Source of the DNA: Thecamonas trahens ATCC 50062
Taxonomy: Eukaryota > Protista > Apusomonadida
Assembly (NCBI RefSeq): GCF_000142905.1
Contig: NW_013657668.1
Coordinates: forward strand, 48,492 to 112,257
Direction of reading: 5' to 3'
Length of the DNA: 63,766 nucleotides
Positions 54,421 to 63,766 of this stretch are shown piece after piece. Both the position numbers and the translations under genes were made by a program. The notes under the pieces are model-generated. The model had not been told where the DNA came from and made no database searches. It worked only from the letters and a program-made list of their open reading frames with translations. The stretch's first letter is position 1. The number at the start of each line of letters is the position of its first letter.

Positions 54421-54432
54421 AGCTTGCACCTG

Positions 54433-57196
54433 TCACCCAAGCCCGCCCGCCGCGCTCTGCGCCCCGAGCCGCGGCGGCATTTTGGCCGGCCCAGACTTGG
54501 CCCGTGACGACCGCCGCGCAAAGAGCTCGGTTGTGATGACAAAGCCGAGCCGTGAGAGCGCCTCCGACGCCAACAGCAGCTGCTCCGACGAGAGCCGCTC
54601 CAGCTGGAGCGAATCATGCCGCAGCGACGCCATAAACCGCACATTGTCGCCCGTCATCAGCTCAGCCATGTCGCCCAACAGCGGCACCACCCGCTCCAGC
54701 TGCGCCTGGTCGTTGTCCGACGCCCGCACCCGATCCCCACCGCTCCCGGCATCGTGATCCTCAGACGAGTAGACAAACTTGCGCGCCAGCTGAGTCAGCT
54801 CACTCGCCTGGTTTGGGTGATCGGCACTAAACTGTGCGTGCGCCTCGGCGGAGAGTGCAAGCACCACCGTGTGGGCGCCAGCACGCCCATCGCCGCTCCA
54901 CCGCGCATACGGTGAGATGCCGCCAATCAGTCCAGACGTTGTGATTTGCGGCCCGAGCCGCCCGTCGGCGCTCATCAGCTGAATCCAGCCCTGAGCCACG
55001 AAGAACAGCGCGTCGACCGGTGCGTCGGTGGTAAAGACTGTCTCGGTCGACCGGAAGACCCGGAGCTCAAACGCATCGCGGAGCTGGATGAGGAACTTTT
55101 CGCTCGAGCCAGCAAGCATGGGTAGACCGGCCAGGACCTTGCGGAGATCTGCCCGCCACTTGAGCCGCTTCGCCCGCTTCATCATCTTGGCCTCCTCTGC
55201 CGGGAACAGCTTGAGCACGGTCGCGAGGTCAGCCTTGGACAGGACAAACAGGTCGCAGTACGAGACCGTCTGCACCGTTGCCGTCCGTGCCGAGTCCGGC
55301 ACTAGCAGCGACATCTCACCAAAGTAAGCGCCCTGGTGGAGTGTGTTGACCACTTCGCCCTTCTCGATCACTTTGGCCGTCCCGCGCGAGATGAAGAACA
55401 TCTCCGCCCCGGTCGAGCCCTCCTTGATAACCACATCGCCGGGCGAGAAGATCTGCGGTTTGAGGTACGGTGCCAGCGACTCGACAAAGCCCGGGGAGGC
55501 GTTCTGGAATAGCGGAACGCGCGAGAAAAGCTCGCGGTTCATAAACATCGCCACGTTGGTCCGCAGCGTCACCGGGAGCTCCATTAGGATGTGTGCGGTG
55601 TCGACCCGCCGTGGCGCGACCAGAGCGAGATGTAGTGGTCGCGGATCCGGTCTGCAAGCTCGGGTGGGAGCTTGCGGTTCCGCAGAAAGAGGTTGACCTC
55701 GAGCATCTTCTGGCGGAACTTTTCGCCAGACACGTCGAGCTGCGCAATGATGCGCGAGATGGCTCCGATGATGGTGGCGATGCCGAACAGAGCCATGAGC
55801 GCAATGACCAGCTCGATGCCCATTTCAAATAGCGTCTGCGGCCGGATGATCCCGCCGCCCTTGTTGGTCAGCTGGTTGGTCGCCCAAAAGTAGGCGTACA
55901 GATACTGGTTCGCTGTCGACATGAACTCGACTTCGGCCTTGGCTAGCCAGATCGACGCCCCAAACCCGCGGTCGTACGAGATCGCCATGTAGCTGCACGC
56001 CAGCCAGTGAATGGTGAGAAGAAAGGCAAAGAAGAGCTTGAGAAACCGAAGCAGGAACTGGTGGTTGGTCCGCTCTAGCCACTGCTTGAGGTAGAATCGG
56101 TGCTTGGCCAGCCGCAGCATCCGCGGCAGCCGCAGTGCCGCATGCTGCCAAAAGCCCCAGTGCAGGAGATCAATCGGAAGTGTCGCCACAAGGTCCAGAG
56201 CAAACCAAGAGTGTAGATAGTGCTTGCGGATCTTAGCCGGCGCCGCAACGTACACCCCACGGACAGAGAACGGCGTCACAAAGTTGAGCCCGATGTCTGC
56301 CCAGAACACCAGGTCTGAGCAGTAATCGACAACGCTCAGTCCGACGTATGTCGGCGACGAGCCCCACAGCGACCGGAATCCGAGCCGGACTGGGAGCATT
56401 ACCGCCTGGAACACCACCAACATCAGCACAATGATGTTCCAAACCTTTCGATGCCGCGATGCCGGCGCACGGAGCCGGGCCCCAAACGCCACCGCCCACT
56501 CGTGCACCGAGCTCGTCTGCACCTCGGTTGATGGATACAGGAGCAGCGCGTCCTGCACTCGCATCTGCACTTTGGGCATCTCTGGTTCGCCCTCGGTCTC
56601 CAGTGTGCCGGGCAGCGGCTTGAGCTGCACCATCTGCGGACCGCGCGCCGATGAGCTCCGCCGACTCGAGCTCGCCTTGCGCACATGCTTCCTTGACTTG
56701 CCTCGCATGCCTCCGCCGCGCGCTGCCACTGTTCCGGGCGATGGCTCTGCCGGCACCACCCGCGTGAAGCTCGTCGTCGAGTCGGTCATCACCGGCGCAG
56801 GCCCGCCAAACTGAGCCAAGTCACCAGCGCCGACCCCCCGCCTTCCCCCGGCAAGCCGACACTTCCGCCACTCTCCCTCCCCGAGCATCCCGTCGCATCA
56901 GCCGCATCAGCCGCATCAGTCCCGTCAGCCCGGTCTCCGCCCTGACTCCTTGCCGTTCCGGTCATGTCGGCCTTGAACACGCCTCCCGTGTCGCCGTCGC
57001 TGGCAGCGGACACCTCAGACGACGACGACGACTCGGACAGGTGGGCGACCAGAGCATGGTCGGCAGTTGTCTCACCGCCAGACGCTGACTCTGTCTCGCT
57101 CTCGGCTGTGACGGAGCTTGGTCTGGAGGTAGACGCAGATGCATGCGTGGAGGGCAGAGGGCTTGCCGTGGCCGGCGGCCGCGGGCTGTCGGACAT
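54433..57196 (-). CDS. Cyclic-nucleotide-binding-domain ion channel (CNG/HCN/KCNH-like) with two CNBDs, ~921 aa after repairing two frameshifts
   Basis: S1-S6 (DIGLNFVT, HYLHSWFALDLVATLP, S4 LRLPRMLRLAK, HWLACSY), C-linker LPPELADRIRDHY..WSRH / ILMELPVTLR, CNBD1 FSPGDVVIKEG..MFFISRG..GAYFGE..RTATV, and a degenerate CNBD2. Frame breaks near 55605 and 56835. Confidence 0.8.
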
Positions 57197-57275
57197 TCGT
57201 CCGCTGGCGACAAGTGGCGTGTCAAGCAACTCCTCATCTCCTCATCGCAGCTGTCACATACTGGCTGGGCGGCGT

Positions 57276-60221
57276 TCAATACTCGGCATACTCGCCATCG
57301 CTGATGCGCGAAGTGCTGGAGCGTTGGCGTGGAAGCGAGGCTGATGTGTGGACAACGTACTCGTCATCGTCGTCCGAACCGTTTGAGCCGTCCGAGCCGC
57401 CGGCATTGAGCGTGTCGTGGGAGAGTGAGGTGACGGCGATGGTGGGGCTGGCCGGCGAGAACTCGCCATCTGCATGAACGTCGACAACAGTGTTGCGGGA
57501 ATCGTCTAGCGTGCGGTCCGAGTCGTTGGTGGTGGCCGAGGCCGAGGCAGTAATGGCGGCAGCGCTGTGCGACGAGGGCGCGTCTCGATGCTCACGCCGG
57601 CGGTGGTTGCGGCGACCGCTCGAGCGGTGGCCCGAGGTGTCGCCGCCGCGGCGGTGGTTGCGTCGGCGACGCGGCGTTGGCTGTGGCTCGTTGGCAAGGA
57701 CCGGATCCGACTCGCTCTCGGTCACGGCCGCGCCGACGCTGTCGGACTGGTCGCTCTCGTTGGCAGTGGGTGGGCTGGCGACGGGTGCGGTTGCAGTCGA
57801 TGCCACGTGCATCCGGGCGCACTCGCGCTTGTGTTCAGGCCAGTGGGTGAGCTGGCAGTCGCGCGAGCAGTACGCCACCGACTGGCAGCCTCCGCAGAGC
57901 GAAAGCGGCGAGTCGTGAGTAGCCCGCGTCCCGCATACAGCGCAGCGCTCGACCCGGCTGCGCGGGGTCGGGCCAGTCGCAAGAACTGTTGTGTCGATGT
58001 CCAGCGACGTCTCACCGCTTCGAACCGCCGTCGAGCCGGGCTGGGGAAGCTGGGTCAGCCACACCGAGTGTTGTTCGGGCGAATGGTGTGAGCGGATGAC
58101 AAGCTCGATGGCCAGGTCGGGCGCTTCATGACGGGCGGCGTCGATGGCGCGGGCGACTCGGGCGTCCGAGGTCACCGGCGTGTCATTGACCGCCACGATG
58201 CGATCGTCGGCCACAACGCCTGCACTATCAAAGACCGAGCCGGGCACAACCCGGGTGACGAGGACGCCCGAGTCGCCAACCGCTGGTGCGGTGGAGAGGA
58301 CCACACCGTTGGCCTTGGACCACGAGCGCATAAAGGCAAGCTTCCGCTGGTGCGCCTCGACCTCTTTGATCTGCTCATCAGTGAGCGGCGACTCGTCGTC
58401 GGCATCCTCGAGCTCGTCGCGCGTCGCGCCAGTGCCCAGAAGTCCAAGAATCTGGTCGCTGGTGCGCAGGTCCGGGAAGAGGACCTTGACCTCGCTGCCG
58501 CGCTTGACCCGGAGGGTGAGAACCGAGGCGCCGGCGTGGCGCAAGGCGTCGGCCACCGCCTGCTTTGTCCGCACCGACCGGGTTCCAACAGCCATAATGA
58601 CATCCTTTCGCCTGCCGCCAGCAAGCTCATATGGTGAGCCCGGCGAGATTTGCGAGACGTACAGGCCGCCGCGCGAGGTCGACTCCTTGATGACGATGCC
58701 GAGACCGGGTCGGGCCTCACGCGACGACGTCGCCAGCAGCTCGCTAATCCGCGGCCGCGGCTCTTGCGACGGCCGCTTGGGCGAGGAACGCGGGCCGGCC
58801 GGCACCACCTCGACGGTCATGCGGTCATGGGTCCGGACGAGGGTGACTGGGAACGGCTCGCCCGATCGCGATGCATTCTTGGCTGCCACCACCAGATCGG
58901 CCTTGGACATGATGCTGAAGCCGTTGACACTCACTAGCCGGTCACCAGGAACAACGCCGGCTGCACCGAGGCCCGAGCGCGGCAGCACTTGGTTGACGAC
59001 CACGCCCGGGCGGGTCGTCGACTCGCGTGTCACAATGACGCCCATGTTGAATCCGACAGCACCTGCCGGTCGCCGCGGCGAGTCGGCATTGCGAGGCGAC
59101 TTTGGTAGATTGCGCTTTCCCTTGCGCTTTTCCTGACTCTTGGACTGTGTCTTGTTGCTTGCTCCGTCGCCGCCGGACGAGAGCGAGAGAGAAAACGACT
59201 CCATCGACACGTCCTTGGCCTTGCCCTTGGCCTTGGCCTTGTCCTTTGCCTTGGACTTGTCCTTGGCCTTGGCCTTGGCCCTGGCCTTGGCGGCGCGGCG
59301 CTCCTCCTCCTGCAGCAGCATAAGCGCGTACTCTTGCTCGGCGCGGGCGCGATTTTCGTCGTCGCGGCGGTCTTGGTCTTTGTCCTTGCCCTTACCCTTG
59401 TCCTTGTCCTTGCTCTTGCTCTTGCTCTTTCCCTTGTCCTTGCCCTTGCCTCTGCGGGTGCTAGCCATAGACTCTGCAGCTGCAATCGAGCGCGCAGCCT
59501 CGTCAACGGCCTCATCGGCAGCCTCCAACTCGACTGCCGACGCAAGAATGAGGGCGTCGAGTTCCTGCAGCTCCTGGGTGGCCATCTCGACTCGGGCCTG
59601 GGTCTCGGCCAGCTTCTCGATATCCTCCTCGAGCTGGGACTCGGCCGAGGCAATCTGTTCACGAACTTCGTCCAGGCGGGCCTTAGCGTCTTCCAAATCG
59701 GCCTCGACCGCGGCCAGCTCCTTGCTGGAGCTCTCGGTCTTGGCCTCGGTGCGGCGCAGGGCGCGCTGGACGCGGATCAGCTCGGCCTGCGCCTCGTCTA
59801 ACCCATCCTCTGGCTTGGGATTCACCAGCAGCGGCGGCGGCATCGACGACCGCACCCGCGCCTCGATGTCGGGCGCAAGCATGGCGTGGACCACGTCGTA
59901 CGCCTGGTCGTCGTCCTCCAACAGCTGAGTCAGCAACGCAGCCTTGCGCCTCGCCGACCACGAGGCAAACTGAGCCAGCCAGCCTCCGCCAGCCGAGCTC
60001 CGCGATGCCCGCGAGCCGTCCGACACCATCGAGTTGTACCGTTCCATCCCATGTCCGCCAGCGTGTCCGCCCGCATGGACGTGACCCTCGCTCTCGAAGC
60101 CGTCTCGTTCGTCGCCTCCTCCGCCTCCGGCTGACACGCTCGCACCGCCGCCCTGTCCCCCGCCCTTGGCCTGCTGCGCCGCAAGGTACGCTTGGTACCT
60201 CGACCGTCGGTCGTTCTCCAT
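57276..60221 (-). CDS. Coiled-coil, three PDZ-like domains and MYND zinc-finger protein
   Basis: Heptad region; PDZ-like repeats (MGVIV..GVVVNQVLPRS..AGVVPGDRLVSVNG; LGIVI..LYVSQISPGSP; GVLVTRVVPGS..AGVVADDRIVAVND); MYND CAVC..CGGCQSVAYCSRDCQLTHWPEHKREC. Start taken at MENDRR; the ORF stays open to 61679. Confidence 0.8.
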   Translation of the reverse strand: MENDRRSRYQAYLAAQQAKGGGQGGGASVSAGGGGGDERDGFESEGHVHAGGHAGGHGMERYNSMVSDGSRASRSSAGGGWLAQFASWSARRKAALLTQLLEDDDQAYDVVHAMLAPDIEARVRSSMPPPLLVNPKPEDGLDEAQAELIRVQRALRRTEAKTESSSKELAAVEADLEDAKARLDEVREQIASAESQLEEDIEKLAETQARVEMATQELQELDALILASAVELEAADEAVDEAARSIAAAESMASTRRGKGKDKGKSKSKSKDKDKGKGKDKDQDRRDDENRARAEQEYALMLLQEEERRAAKARAKAKAKDKSKAKDKAKAKGKAKDVSMESFSLSLSSGGDGASNKTQSKSQEKRKGKRNLPKSPRNADSPRRPAGAVGFNMGVIVTRESTTRPGVVVNQVLPRSGLGAAGVVPGDRLVSVNGFSIMSKADLVVAAKNASRSGEPFPVTLVRTHDRMTVEVVPAGPRSSPKRPSQEPRPRISELLATSSREARPGLGIVIKESTSRGGLYVSQISPGSPYELAGGRRKDVIMAVGTRSVRTKQAVADALRHAGASVLTLRVKRGSEVKVLFPDLRTSDQILGLLGTGATRDELEDADDESPLTDEQIKEVEAHQRKLAFMRSWSKANGVVLSTAPAVGDSGVLVTRVVPGSVFDSAGVVADDRIVAVNDTPVTSDARVARAIDAARHEAPDLAIELVIRSHHSPEQHSVWLTQLPQPGSTAVRSGETSLDIDTTVLATGPTPRSRVERCAVCGTRATHDSPLSLCGGCQSVAYCSRDCQLTHWPEHKRECARMHVASTATAPVASPPTANESDQSDSVGAAVTESESDPVLANEPQPTPRRRRNHRRGGDTSGHRSSGRRNHRRREHRDAPSSHSAAAITASASATTNDSDRTLDDSRNTVVDVHADGEFSPASPTIAVTSLSHDTLNAGGSDGSNGSDDDDEYVVHTSASLPRQRSSTSRISDGEYAEY

Positions 60222-61424
60222 CCAGTGGTTGTGGCGGTGGGGTGGAGTGGTGGTGGCTGCCGCTGCCGCTGTCGCTGCCACTGCCGTACGCCACCGCTTG
60301 CCACTGGCAGTGCGTGTGGCTGCTGGTAATTGGCCCAACGGTCGGCTGGCCGACAAACGGCCGACGAGCCGAGGCGAAGAGGGAGGTATGCTGTGCGCAA
60401 AGGTGGGTTTACAGCGAATAGCCCTCGGCGGCAAGCCAGTCTTCCTCGAGGGTAGAGAATGGGGCAACAGTGGGCGGACCGCGGATCCGATGGTGGTTCC
60501 GCTGCTTGAGTCGCTTCTTAGAGTTGACGCCGCGGCGTCGCATCCGTCGCTCTTCGTGAAGCGGTGACATCGGGAAAGGAAGGACAAGCGATGAGGCGCC
60601 GGCTGTGCTGGAGCCAGCTGCCGCAGCCTCGGCGGTGGATATGGTGTTGATCGGGATCCGTGGCGCCTTGGGGTATGGGGACGAGATGGCCGAGCCGTTG
60701 AGTGATAAAGAGCCACCGCGGAACGAAGCGGATGGCCGCGTTCGACTTGTTCGGCTTGTCTGGTGGGCGTGTACGACATGCTGTGGCCGATCGGTGAGAC
60801 CGGGCACGGCGGTAGCGGGCTGGAATGCTGCTCTGTGGCCGGGATGTGTCCGGGCGAGAGTGGAGCCGGTGATGGCAAGACCGGTGGCGGCGAGGCATGG
60901 TCCGGATGCTTCGAGTCTGCGCGAGCCGAGCCAAACGACTCGTGCAGGGAGTGGTGTAGATCGGTGAGCAGCTCCTCGTGCTGGGTCAACTTGCTCTCGA
61001 TGTCGTAGATATGATTGACAATGACACGCAGTGTCCGTGGATCGACGACATTGTCTGCATCTGGCCCACCCCCTACCGCCGGCTTGCTCTTTGCCGACTT
61101 GCTCCGGCTCGCCGCCGACTTGCTCCGGCTCGCCGCCGACTTGCTCTGTGTCCTCGGAGCCGATATAGATGGGTCGTGGGTGTATTGTTCGCCGTGTAGT
61201 GCTGCAACAAGGGCAGGCATGCCGCCTACAGGGCCCCTGCCTGAGTTGCCGGCGCGGACGGCCTCGTCGACCCGAGCCGCCACCAGCCAACGGTCATCCT
61301 CAGCCTGGGGACCGCCTTGAGCCACGGCTCGGAGCACCACAGGCGCGACTCTCGCAAGGCCCTCCCGTGCACTGCCCTCGTCTACGCCATCCACACTCAC
61401 AAGCCATCGCACAATCCGATCCAT
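60222..61424 (-). CDS. Hypothetical protein or N-terminal extension of the PDZ-MYND gene
   Basis: In frame with the downstream gene from MDRIVRWLV; has an in-frame 21-bp repeat (SKSAASR) and a short coiled coil (IYDIESKLTQHEELLTDLH). Gene boundary unclear. Confidence 0.4.
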
Positions 61425-61711
61425 AGGTAGGCCTCGCCCTACGCGATGGCAGCTGAGCGAAGTGATGACTCGGTCCGGCGCGTCGAGTCGGCTGACACAG
61501 ACTCGCCGCCAGCTGCCACCCCCGCTGCCCTCACACAAAGTCGCGGGCATGGCGATCAGATGGATGCGCCACTTCAAGTTCCATATGTACCCATCCACAC
61601 AAGAACACAAGCTACACGGTTTCTGTTCTTTTCCTTGCCCCCCTTTTCTCTCCCCGATAGCCCCCATCGCCACCCCCATCCTTCACACCATCACCCTGCT
61701 CTCGCCTCGCC

Positions 61712-61746
<35 letters not shown>

Positions 61747-62010
61747 TTCCATCGCACCACCCCGCACTCCTTTCACCACTCTGAATGTGTTTGTATATAC
61801 ATCTCCATGCCATCGCCGTCCCTCTGCGTCCACCGCCAGCATCCGTCTGCCCTACAAACGAACTCGCTGTACCGAATGTCCCCAGGAAGCCAGCCGCCAC
61901 CGCCTCCCTCTTGCCCCCCCCCCCCCTTCCCTCCGCGCCCGTCACCAGGTCACCCCCTCCCTCTGCGACAAGCCACTGCTCTTCGAACGAAGACAGGGTA
62001 GAGTGTGGAG

Positions 62011-62847
62011 ATGCTGCGGGTGGCAGCGCGGGTATGTGGCCTACCAGGGCGGCATGCGGTGGTGGTGGGGAGCAAGACGGCGGGAGGGCTGGGAGTGTGG
62101 TACGGCGGGCGCTGCATGGGGTCTGGCAGTAGCCCACGCGGCGGCGATGACGGAGAGGGCAAGGCAAGGAGCTCAAGTGGTGACGGGAGTGTCGAGAGTG
62201 TGGCCGGTCCGGAGCACGTGCTGGAGAGCAAGGTCATCGAGGCGGAGGGTTCAAACTGGAACATTCCCAACGCGCTGTGCGTGGGCAGGATGGTGGCAAC
62301 GCCCGTCATCGCGGCGGCGCTGGTCCAGGGTCACCCGCAGACGGCGTTCTGGATGTTTGCCGCCGCTGGTGTGTCTGACTGGGCCGATGGCAAGATTGCG
62401 GTTCATTTTAAGCAAAAGACGGTGTTGGGCTCGTTTCTGGATCCGGCGGCGGACAAGATCATGGTGATGGGCATGTCGCTGGCGATGGGCGCTGCTGAGC
62501 TGCTCCCGTGGTGGCTCGTCGCCTCGTTTGTGGTCCGCGACGTCGGCCTCCTTGCGGGCGCGTTTTACCTGCGGGCGCGCTCGCTCGGTGACACGCTGAC
62601 AGTTCGGGCGCTGTTCAACGTCAGCGGCTTCAAATCGCTCGAGATTACGCCGTCGCGGCTGTCCAAGTTCAACACCTTTGGCCAGATCTCGGTCATCGGG
62701 CTGACGCTCATGGACGCTGCGTTTGGCATTGTGCCATCACCGCTACTGGCAGCAGCGTATCCTCTAGTGACGGCAACGACGCTTGCGTCGGGCGCCTCGT
62801 ACGCTTTGACGCCGGGCATCAAGCGTCTGGTGCGGCGGCCGCAGTGA
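62011..62847 (+). CDS. CRD1: Cardiolipin synthase (CDP-alcohol phosphatidyltransferase)
   Basis: WNIPNAL..R, SDWADGKIA..TVLGSFLDPAADK, RDV, PSRLSKFNTFGQ; Arg-rich leader MLRVAARVCG. Confidence 0.85.
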   Translation: MLRVAARVCGLPGRHAVVVGSKTAGGLGVWYGGRCMGSGSSPRGGDDGEGKARSSSGDGSVESVAGPEHVLESKVIEAEGSNWNIPNALCVGRMVATPVIAAALVQGHPQTAFWMFAAAGVSDWADGKIAVHFKQKTVLGSFLDPAADKIMVMGMSLAMGAAELLPWWLVASFVVRDVGLLAGAFYLRARSLGDTLTVRALFNVSGFKSLEITPSRLSKFNTFGQISVIGLTLMDAAFGIVPSPLLAAAYPLVTATTLASGASYALTPGIKRLVRRPQ

Positions 62848-63646
62848 CGGGCGGTGCATGAACCGCGCTGCCTGCGCCGGCTTTACCAGCCTCAGCACCC
62901 TCTGCAGCTGCAAGCTCGATCCGGAGCGCGCGAGTGAGCCTTGCGAGAATCTTGATTCGCGCCGCGTCAACGGCGGCGGCGGCCGACGCATTGCGGAGCT
63001 TGGCCAGCAGGGAGTCGACCTGGGACCGTAGTTCGTCGTTTTCGGCGGCGAAAGCGTCCATCGACGCGCGGGAGGCGGCCTGGATGTCGTCACGCTGGCG
63101 GCGTGCATCCTCTGCTGCTGCGTATGCGTGCTCGACCTGGGCCTGCAGCGCCGAAGCCGCCGCTGCCGCAGCGGCGGCGTCCTGGGCTGGGGCCTGCTCG
63201 TGGGCGAGCTTCTCGTATCGAGCACGTGTGGTGTCGGGTGCCTCCTTCCACCGCTTGCCAATGACCTTGAGCACGTCTGTCAGCGGAGCGTCCGGCATCA
63301 ATCTGCGGACGTCTGCACGAGCATCGCGAGTAAACAGCGCAAAGGCCGAGAGCGGACGCTTGGGCCGCGAGTCACCCGACCTCGCCCGCACCCGCGCCCG
63401 CGCCGTGGTGGCCTCTGCCTCTTCCGTGACCGCGATCTGCTCCTCCAGCGCACTCATCTTCCTCCCCAGCGCATGTAGCCGCTCTCTCAACTCCTGTGCC
63501 TCGTCATCCGCCTTGAGCTTTGCCGCCCATGTCTCATTGAGCGCAGCCTCCAGGCCCGTGATGGTGTCGGCGCAGCCGCGGCAACCACAGCCACACCCTG
63601 CGCCCGGACGCGGGCCAGGAGAGGCAGGCGGAGACGGTGACGCCAT
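62819..63646 (-). CDS. HMG-box protein flanked by coiled coils
   Basis: PKRPLSAFALF..VLKVIGKRWKEA..RARYEKLA; heptad-rich flanks. Confidence 0.75.
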   Translation of the reverse strand: MASPSPPASPGPRPGAGCGCGCRGCADTITGLEAALNETWAAKLKADDEAQELRERLHALGRKMSALEEQIAVTEEAEATTARARVRARSGDSRPKRPLSAFALFTRDARADVRRLMPDAPLTDVLKVIGKRWKEAPDTTRARYEKLAHEQAPAQDAAAAAAAASALQAQVEHAYAAAEDARRQRDDIQAASRASMDAFAAENDELRSQVDSLLAKLRNASAAAAVDAARIKILARLTRALRIELAAAEGAEAGKAGAGSAVHAPPVTAAAAPDA

Positions 63647-63766
63647 GGGAGAGAGGGGGGAGGGGGGGGGGGGGGGGGGGAGGGAGGGAGGGGAGGGGTA
63701 GGGAGGGGAGGGGGGAGGGGAGGGGGAGGGGTAGGGTTGGGGGTGCATCGTGGGGGGGTCAGAATG

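Overview
Gene-dense, GC-rich eukaryotic nuclear DNA from a flagellated protist, with about 32 protein-coding genes, 10 short spliceosomal introns (donor GTACGY, almost all near the 5' end), long poly-G/poly-C and (CA)n tracts in non-coding DNA, and two assembly gaps. I found no rRNA, tRNA, CRISPR array or transposase. The co-occurrence of a mitochondrion-targeted MinD, a mitochondrion-targeted TPI-GAPDH fusion and a DHFR-TS fusion points to an apusomonad such as Thecamonas (inference, not verified). The most interesting items are: (1) a eukaryotic DEP signalling domain fused to a bacterial-type MerA/LpdA-like flavoprotein disulfide reductase; (2) a four-domain voltage-gated channel with an atypical D/K/T/D selectivity filter, head-to-head with (3) a ~1600-aa surface protein joining an FG-GAP propeller, EGF, IPT and Cys-rich modules to an FLC/Pkd2-like multipass membrane domain; (4) a CNG/HCN-type channel with a non-canonical T-N-K-G-G-G pore and two cyclic-nucleotide-binding domains; (5) five or six reading-frame breaks in two membrane-protein genes, each repaired by adding one G to a coding-strand G run (most likely homopolymer assembly error, but recoding or editing is testable); (6) a CRAL-TRIO protein with a phospho-FFAT-like motif and a CaaX box. 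All family assignments come from motif recognition by eye; no database searches were run.
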